Shown: positions 58,328 through 64,000 of the stretch, one piece after another
How positions within the stretch are numbered: position 1 is the first letter of the stretch
Layout: the number at the start of each line of letters is the position of its first letter
Assembly: GCA_012838545.1 (NCBI GenBank)
Contig: DUPC01000017.1
Span: 9,202-73,201 of the forward strand
Source of the DNA: Acholeplasmataceae bacterium
GTDB taxonomy: Bacteria > Bacillota_I > Bacilli_A > ML615J-28 > CAG-313
DNA length: 64,000 bases
Reading direction: 5' to 3'
Made by a program: the position numbers and the translations under genes
The notes under the pieces: model-generated
What the model was told of the DNA's origin: nothing
The model's input: the letters and a program-made list of their open reading frames with translations, nothing else
Database searches by the model: none

Positions 58328-59338
58328 TCATTTCTTATTCTTTAAATAATCTAAAATGGCACTGACTGAAGCGGTTGCCACATTGACAAAGCGATCCGCT
58401 CCGCCGTAATACATATATAAAGTGTCTCCCACAATCACATTTCCGGTTGGGAAGATACAACCGTTGTAAAAGCCCTCTGTTTCATAGGGCATCAATGGTT
58501 CCATCACAAAATTTTTGGTTCGGGCAATAATTTTACTTGGATCATTTAAGTCAAGCAACATTATTCCTACCCGGTACCAACCGTCGGTTTCGGATACCCC
58601 ATGGTAAATGGTAAGCCAACCCTCCTTGGTTTCCAAAGGGGGAGTTGAACCTCCCATTTTTTTCTTTTCCCAAGGTTCCATCGGAGTTGCCAATAGTTTG
58701 GGTTTAGGCCACTCCAACAAATTATCGGAAGAATTAATCCAAATGGATGGGACATTGCAACCATATTCTTTTCCCACCCATTCCATCGGGCGTTCCAAAC
58801 GATAGTATTTACCGTTTATTTTTCTTGGGAAAAGGATAACGTCGCGATTGTCGGTGTTATAATCGGTAATGCGTCCTAATTTTTTATAATGAATAAAATC
58901 TTTTGTTACTGCCAAAGCGGTATTGGTTAAGTTCCATTTTAAACCGTTTGGCAAATCCTCTTCCAGCGGAAAGTCCGGTTTAACAAACGGTTTACCTTCC
59001 CAGTACCTACCGGGCATAAAGGCGCGATAGGCATATGTGACATAGAACAAATTACCCATTTTGACCACTCTTGGGTCTTCGCAGCACCCTTCGTCGTTAT
59101 TATCTTTAGTTGGTATCAGCACCGGATTTTGGGAATAGCGTTCAAAATGGAAACCATCTTTGCTGGTCGCAAGACCTATTTGAATTTTATGTCCTTCATC
59201 GTTTCCCGCTCCCCGGTACAATAGATAAAAGATGCCGTTTTCGTACCAAGCAGCGGGGTTACAAACCGATAGACTTTCCCAATCGCTTTCTTTTACCGGC
59301 TGCAAAATCGGGTTTTTTTCAAATCTTTTAAATAACAT
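58328..59338 (-). CDS. GH130 family mannoside phosphorylase (subfamily uncertain)
   Basis: KNPIL, VCNPAA, catalytic EDPR, NRDVILFPRKING, KMGGS, IYHGV, CIFPTG and YYGGAD. Confidence 0.88.
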   Translation of the reverse strand: MLFKRFEKNPILQPVKESDWESLSVCNPAAWYENGIFYLLYRGAGNDEGHKIQIGLATSKDGFHFERYSQNPVLIPTKDNNDEGCCEDPRVVKMGNLFYVTYAYRAFMPGRYWEGKPFVKPDFPLEEDLPNGLKWNLTNTALAVTKDFIHYKKLGRITDYNTDNRDVILFPRKINGKYYRLERPMEWVGKEYGCNVPSIWINSSDNLLEWPKPKLLATPMEPWEKKKMGGSTPPLETKEGWLTIYHGVSETDGWYRVGIMLLDLNDPSKIIARTKNFVMEPLMPYETEGFYNGCIFPTGNVIVGDTLYMYYGGADRFVNVATASVSAILDYLKNKK

Positions 59339-59350
59339 AAACTACCTTCC

Positions 59351-61195
59351 TTATTCGATGATAAAGGCCATATCGTATTGGAACGACGGTGTAATAAATT
59401 CTACTTTTCCGCTATTTACGGTAAGCTCGTTTTGTTCAATTATGTTACCGTTTAAAGGATCAAAATAAGTTATCGTATATATACCGTTGGTAAACGGTAT
59501 TTCCATGATTAAACCATCTTTGGTTAAAATATTTTGGAAATTGCGATGAGTCCAACTGCCATCGTATAAATAGCCGTAGACTCGATTATTAAAGCGATAA
59601 CCTAGGTAACGGATATTGGCTTTATTGATATTGACCCCGCTAAGTTCGGTCAATTGCGTGTAGTCGCTTCCCGAAAGATTCATTTTTGAAGCAAAGGTTG
59701 CGGCGCCTTGATATAGGTAATAGAGATTATTTGGATGCACTTGACTATCCCACCACCAGTTCATGGCTCCTCCGGCTCCGCCGCCCATTATGCCTGCCCA
59801 TAGACCTTGGCGAATGGAGATGCCGTTAGGGTCGGCTCTATGGGAAGCTGCACCGTTTTGCCAATTGATTCCGAGTTCCGCCTGCAAAACCGGCTTATTG
59901 TATTGAGCAAACACATTGTTCAAAACTTGGGGTAAATTATTTAAAATCCCCTTTTCCGCATAATCATAGCTGTGCATCGTCGCAAAGTCGATTGAAGATA
60001 GATTGAATGCGGAACCGGTTGAACCCTTATAACTTGTTGTAACCATGTGTTGGTACGGATCATGGGCTTTTAGGAATTTAGCCATTTCATCGTGCCAGTT
60101 TTTTACCACCAAACTTCCGATAGCGGCACCGTCCACATAGTCCACTTCGTTGAATAGTTCCCAACAAAGAAGACTTTGCGTATAACTGTAGCGGGCAATT
60201 AAATACAATAATTGGTTTTTATAAACTCTCTTGGCCTCATCCGTGGTAAAGAATAGCAGCGGATGTTCCAAAATTCCCCCGTTAGCCACATTCCAAGGAT
60301 TTCTTTCCCATTCGGGGTTGACGATGCTGGAAAATTGTCCATGGTTCAATAACACCAGCATAATTTTGATGGCAAAGTTTTCCGCTAGTTCCACCACACG
60401 GTCAAGCCGTGCCATATGCGAATAACGGCTGGAAAAATTATCGTATCCGCCCCAATGCAAAGCAAAACCCCAAGTGGCCAGCCAAATCCTGGCGATATTC
60501 ATGCCGACATTTGCCATGTTGGCAAACCACACATCATAGTCAACGCTTCTTCTGGTTGACGAAGTGTACCAAGCAAGGTTTTGACCCACCGGAACAAACG
60601 AGTCGCCGTTTTCATAGACAAAGGTCCGTTTATTGGACTCATCGACTTTGATAACTCCTTGATAAGTATCTTCACTCGGACTAACATTAAAGTTTCCGCT
60701 TAAGGTTTCGGTCTGAGTATTGTTTTGGAAAATTTTAAGTTTATATGTCCAACTACCAGCTTCGGTAGGAAGAAGGCGGAAACGGTAATGCGGACTGCCA
60801 ACCGGAAAAACTACTTCTCTGCCTTGCGGTTCCTCCGGATTGGTTGATGCCACCCCGGATATTCCATAGGGCGGAGTTTGGTCCGCTTCATTTAAGTATA
60901 TGCTTGTATGTTGATACCAAAAGCCGGGAATGTTAATTACGCTTCCCGAAGGGGAAGTGAATTCGCCCATTACTTTGAAATAGTCGTAATCATAGGGATT
61001 GCCGTCTTGGGCAATCGTTTCTTCTTTTTCGTATAAAGCAATCTCTAACTTTTGAAATTGAGTGGGATTTTGGGTTACGACAAGGGGGTCTTTAAAGATA
61101 TCGGACTTTACCGGGTTTGTGCCATTACACCCGACAAGTACCGCGCTGCCAAATAAAACCAACATAAGCAGTATAAACCTACCCTTTTTCATCAC
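59351..61195 (-). CDS. Lipoprotein with DUF5060-like Ig domain + GH5-like (clan GH-A) catalytic domain; candidate endo-beta-mannanase
   Basis: Lipobox LVGC. Acid/base WELFNEV, DPYQHMVTTS, DFATMHSY, nucleophile KPVLQAELG and WWW. Substrate inferred from context. Confidence 0.75.
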   Translation of the reverse strand: MMKKGRFILLMLVLFGSAVLVGCNGTNPVKSDIFKDPLVVTQNPTQFQKLEIALYEKEETIAQDGNPYDYDYFKVMGEFTSPSGSVINIPGFWYQHTSIYLNEADQTPPYGISGVASTNPEEPQGREVVFPVGSPHYRFRLLPTEAGSWTYKLKIFQNNTQTETLSGNFNVSPSEDTYQGVIKVDESNKRTFVYENGDSFVPVGQNLAWYTSSTRRSVDYDVWFANMANVGMNIARIWLATWGFALHWGGYDNFSSRYSHMARLDRVVELAENFAIKIMLVLLNHGQFSSIVNPEWERNPWNVANGGILEHPLLFFTTDEAKRVYKNQLLYLIARYSYTQSLLCWELFNEVDYVDGAAIGSLVVKNWHDEMAKFLKAHDPYQHMVTTSYKGSTGSAFNLSSIDFATMHSYDYAEKGILNNLPQVLNNVFAQYNKPVLQAELGINWQNGAASHRADPNGISIRQGLWAGIMGGGAGGAMNWWWDSQVHPNNLYYLYQGAATFASKMNLSGSDYTQLTELSGVNINKANIRYLGYRFNNRVYGYLYDGSWTHRNFQNILTKDGLIMEIPFTNGIYTITYFDPLNGNIIEQNELTVNSGKVEFITPSFQYDMAFIIE

Positions 61196-62211
61196 CGGCC
61201 AAGCCCACCATCTCTCCCCACTGATTCGTGATTGTTTTTAATATACGTGATGACTTCATCGACCGTGGTGAAGGCGATGGCAACATACGTATCGGCAGCT
61301 CCGTAATAGATGCAAATTCGACCCGTTTCTGCATCCACCAAAGCAGCACAAGGGAATACAACATTAGGCACAAATCCGGTTTCCTCGTAAGAGAGTTCCG
61401 GAGTTAAAAGATAGTTTTTACAACGGTATTTGACAATCGACGGTTCATTAAGGTCCAAAATCGCTCCGCCGATACTGTAAACATAACCGTTGCAGGTATT
61501 GACGACACCGTGGTAAAAGGTGAGCCAACCTTCGCTTGTTTCAATTGGAGCTGGTCCGCCCCCAATCTTCAGGCTTTGCCACCATCCGCTGCCCCCTCGT
61601 TCCATCACATGACGGTGACGTCCCCAATAAACGAGATCGGGACTTTCGCTGATGAAGATATCGCCAAACGGAGTATGTCCATTATCCGAAGCTCGGCTTA
61701 AGATTTTAAATTTATTGTTAATTTTGCGTGGGAATAAAACACCGTTACGGTTATAAGGAATAAAAGGATTTTCCAAACGAGTAAAAGTTTTGAAATCGGT
61801 CGTTTTGGCAAGGCCAATGGAAGGACCGTAAAAGTCGGTACACCAAATGATATAGAAGACGCCGTCTACTTTTACCAAACGGGGATCATAGGCATAGTAC
61901 GGACGATAATCTTTTCCTTCCTCGTCCACAAACTTAATTTCTTCTTCATCAATAACCCAATTAATGCCGTCTTTGCTTCTTCCTAAGCGTAGGTGCGGCA
62001 AAGTCGCAACGGTTTCCGCCCGGAATACGCCAATATATTCGCGGTTATGGTAAACGACTGCGCTGTTGAAAACGCGAGCGATTCCTTCGATGGGATTGCG
62101 TTTAATGATTGGATTACCGCTATAACGCCATATCGGCCCCTTAAAACCTTGGGGTTTATCTTCCCACGGCAGATTTGGGATGTTTTGGGCAATTACATGA
62201 TACTTAGACAT
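61192..62211 (-). CDS. GH130_2-type beta-1,4-mannooligosaccharide phosphorylase
   Basis: N-terminal LPWEDKP...IWRYSGNPII, VFNSAVV, YAYDPR, NRNGVLFPRKIN, LSRASDNGHTPFGD, KIGGG and FYHGV. Confidence 0.9.
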   Translation of the reverse strand: MSKYHVIAQNIPNLPWEDKPQGFKGPIWRYSGNPIIKRNPIEGIARVFNSAVVYHNREYIGVFRAETVATLPHLRLGRSKDGINWVIDEEEIKFVDEEGKDYRPYYAYDPRLVKVDGVFYIIWCTDFYGPSIGLAKTTDFKTFTRLENPFIPYNRNGVLFPRKINNKFKILSRASDNGHTPFGDIFISESPDLVYWGRHRHVMERGGSGWWQSLKIGGGPAPIETSEGWLTFYHGVVNTCNGYVYSIGGAILDLNEPSIVKYRCKNYLLTPELSYEETGFVPNVVFPCAALVDAETGRICIYYGAADTYVAIAFTTVDEVITYIKNNHESVGRDGGLGR

Positions 62212-62229
62212 AAACTCCTCCTTATGGAT

Positions 62230-63237
62230 TTAATTTAGTTTTTTAATGGAATCGCGTTCAATGATAAAACTCTTTATCAAGATGCGATCATAAACTTTTG
62301 ATGGGTTGCTGATTTTTTTCATTATGACTTTGCATGCCACATTGATTTCTTCATCCACATTGTTATCCACCGTCGTTAAAGCAGGGGTAGAAAGGGTTGA
62401 ATAAATCGTGTTATCGAATGTGACAATCGAAACATCTTCAGGAACTCTGATTCCTTGTTCATTTAATGCTTGGACTAAGCGAAAGGCCACTTCGTCGTTG
62501 TTGCAAACATAGGCGGTCGGAAGTTTTTCCGGCAAAACCAAATCAATCAAATGTCCGTCATCGTTACGGTCGCTGATTAAATAATCGTAATTTACCGTTA
62601 ACCGATGTTCAAGCAGTGACCGATAAAACCCCAGGAAGCGGTCTTGAATGGAACTGGTGGTCATGATATTGCCCACAAAACCAATTTCTTTATGACCGTT
62701 GGCAACCAACAGGTTCGTCACCGCATACCCCGAATAAAAGTTATCGATGACGATGCTGGGAATATTGCCTTCGTTGACATAAAAGTCAAAGAAAATAACC
62801 GGAATATCGAAATCATGAAACAAACGCAAATATTCATTTTTTAATTGGCCAATAATGATTAAACCGTCAATTTTACGGTCGGTGTACATCATCGGCAGAA
62901 CCAGTTCATTTTCCATCTTATCTGTGAGTGTTTCCATGATGCTTGAATAATTTAATTCCGCAAGCCGTGCCACCATTTTTCCGCAGACCCCAAAATAATA
63001 GGAATTGGTTTTTCCCATATACCTTTCGGCGATTAGAAGTCCGATATTGTACATCTTATTGGTTCTTAGGCCCCTAGCTGCATTGTTAATCCGATATCCC
63101 ATTTCTTCAGCGGCTTTTTTGATTTGACTGCGTAATTCTTCGCTGACTCCTTCTTTATCATTTAGGGCTTTGGAAATTGTAACCTTGCTGACATTGAACA
63201 TTTTGGCAAGGCTACTCATACTTACTTTCTGCTGCAT
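62230..63237 (-). CDS. LacI-family transcriptional regulator
   Basis: SLAKMFNVSKVTISKALN...VSEELR HTH, IGFVG, CNNDEVA, VPEDVSIVTFD and LTTV. Confidence 0.93.
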   Translation of the reverse strand: MQQKVSMSSLAKMFNVSKVTISKALNDKEGVSEELRSQIKKAAEEMGYRINNAARGLRTNKMYNIGLLIAERYMGKTNSYYFGVCGKMVARLAELNYSSIMETLTDKMENELVLPMMYTDRKIDGLIIIGQLKNEYLRLFHDFDIPVIFFDFYVNEGNIPSIVIDNFYSGYAVTNLLVANGHKEIGFVGNIMTTSSIQDRFLGFYRSLLEHRLTVNYDYLISDRNDDGHLIDLVLPEKLPTAYVCNNDEVAFRLVQALNEQGIRVPEDVSIVTFDNTIYSTLSTPALTTVDNNVDEEINVACKVIMKKISNPSKVYDRILIKSFIIERDSIKKLN

Positions 63238-63260
63238 AATTCCTCCTTCTTTCTAGATAA

Positions 63261-64000
63261 TTAATCCCAATTGGTCATTTGTCTGATTTTTTCCGTAACC
63301 GCATCCGCAATAGCTGCATGCGAAACAGCGCTTGGGTGAGAGTTACTGCCTTTTCCGTCCCCGTTTACTTTTAGGATGTCGATTTTGACATCGGTTTTTA
63401 AGTTGTCGAAGATTTCTTCGGTGGCTTGATAAATGCTGGTTTCATTCATTAAGCCGTAAAGAATCAAGATATAAGCGTTAGGATAAAGCGTTCTTAAATA
63501 TTGAACAAACTCAACATAACTATTCATGAACTCATCCATTAGGGCGCTTTTTTCTACTTCGGTTGACGCGATATTGATATATGACCAGTCATTGGTGCCA
63601 AGGTTCACCACCACGACATCCGGAACAAAAGTCGAATGATCCCAATCGACGTTCGAAAAGAAATCAACTTTTCTATACGCCTGGGCTACACTCAAAGTAT
63701 TTGGACTGGTCCAACGGCTAAACTTTAGGCCCCAACCGCTAGCCGAGAATATATTGATTTCCGCGTTTAAGGCTTGGGCGCTTATGAAAGCGAAAGCTTT
63801 TAAAGCATCAGAGTTTGCGGTTGATTTGGGTTCGTTTGAGAGATTGCCATAACCCGTCGAAGACGATGCGGCAATCACTTCAATCTTTCTTTCTTTGTAT
63901 TCTACCCTTGGAATAAACTTGCCATTGGTTTCCAAACGTTTTAATCCAATATGCGAATCAATTGATTCTGTCCGTTTATAAACGGAAAGTTTATGTTCGG
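63261..64000 (-). CDS. SGNH/GDSL esterase, CE2-like (candidate acetylmannan esterase); 5' end beyond the right edge
   Basis: The frame stays open to the edge (EHKLSVYKRTES...). Contains KIEVIAASSSTGYGN, SASGWG, PDVVVVNLGTNDW and HPSAVSH. Confidence 0.8.
   Translation of the reverse strand, partial: EHKLSVYKRTESIDSHIGLKRLETNGKFIPRVEYKERKIEVIAASSSTGYGNLSNEPKSTANSDALKAFAFISAQALNAEINIFSASGWGLKFSRWTSPNTLSVAQAYRKVDFFSNVDWDHSTFVPDVVVVNLGTNDWSYINIASTEVEKSALMDEFMNSYVEFVQYLRTLYPNAYILILYGLMNETSIYQATEEIFDNLKTDVKIDILKVNGDGKGSNSHPSAVSHAAIADAVTEKIRQMTNWD

Noticed and set aside
1-64000. rRNA, tRNA, CRISPR arrays, IS elements, prophage or defence genes
   Set aside because: No repeat-spacer pattern, cloverleaf, transposase, integrase or terminal inverted repeats were seen. 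The DEDDh exonuclease, Smr protein and endonuclease I are not clustered like a defence system.

Overview
Window from a low-GC Firmicute chromosome using genetic code 11 (TGA ends genes, Trp is TGG). The Acholeplasmatales/Izemoplasmatales-like placement within Bacilli is inferred from lipoproteins with Ig stalks and Bacillus-like ytfI-gerW...ytxK-ackA synteny. Left to right: the 5' part of dnaE; two paralogous membrane-anchored surface proteins; ackA, a ytxK-like gene and a HI0933 flavoprotein; an Smr protein; gerW-ytfI; a frameshifted lipoprotein pseudogene; a YidD/unknown-domain/uridine-kinase-like fusion; a MalY/PatB enzyme; DUF960; a surface endonuclease I; an inactive-looking plus an active GDPD; an amidase-psuG-membrane protein operon; corA; an XRE-cupin regulator with potABCD; a SpoIID-type lipoprotein; the lplA-gcvT-H-PA-PB-lpdA operon; an FGE/SUMF1 pseudogene; a DEDDh exonuclease; a YdcF protein. 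The right-hand 23.4 kb (40618 to beyond 64000) is one tightly packed minus-strand beta-mannan/mannoside utilisation locus. It holds a CE2-like esterase, LacI, two GH130s, a DUF5060-GH5-like lipoprotein, two solute-binding proteins, two permease pairs, an NHL/TPR/YIP1 protein, a DUF5696-like protein, a 1343-aa multi-Ig glycan-binding lipoprotein and manA. The best candidates for undescribed biology are the accessory membrane complex of this locus, the YidD triple fusion, and a possible cell-debris scavenging cluster at 15-31 kb. No rRNA, tRNA, CRISPR array, transposase, integrase or reverse transcriptase was seen. All family assignments come from motif recognition by eye, not database searches.
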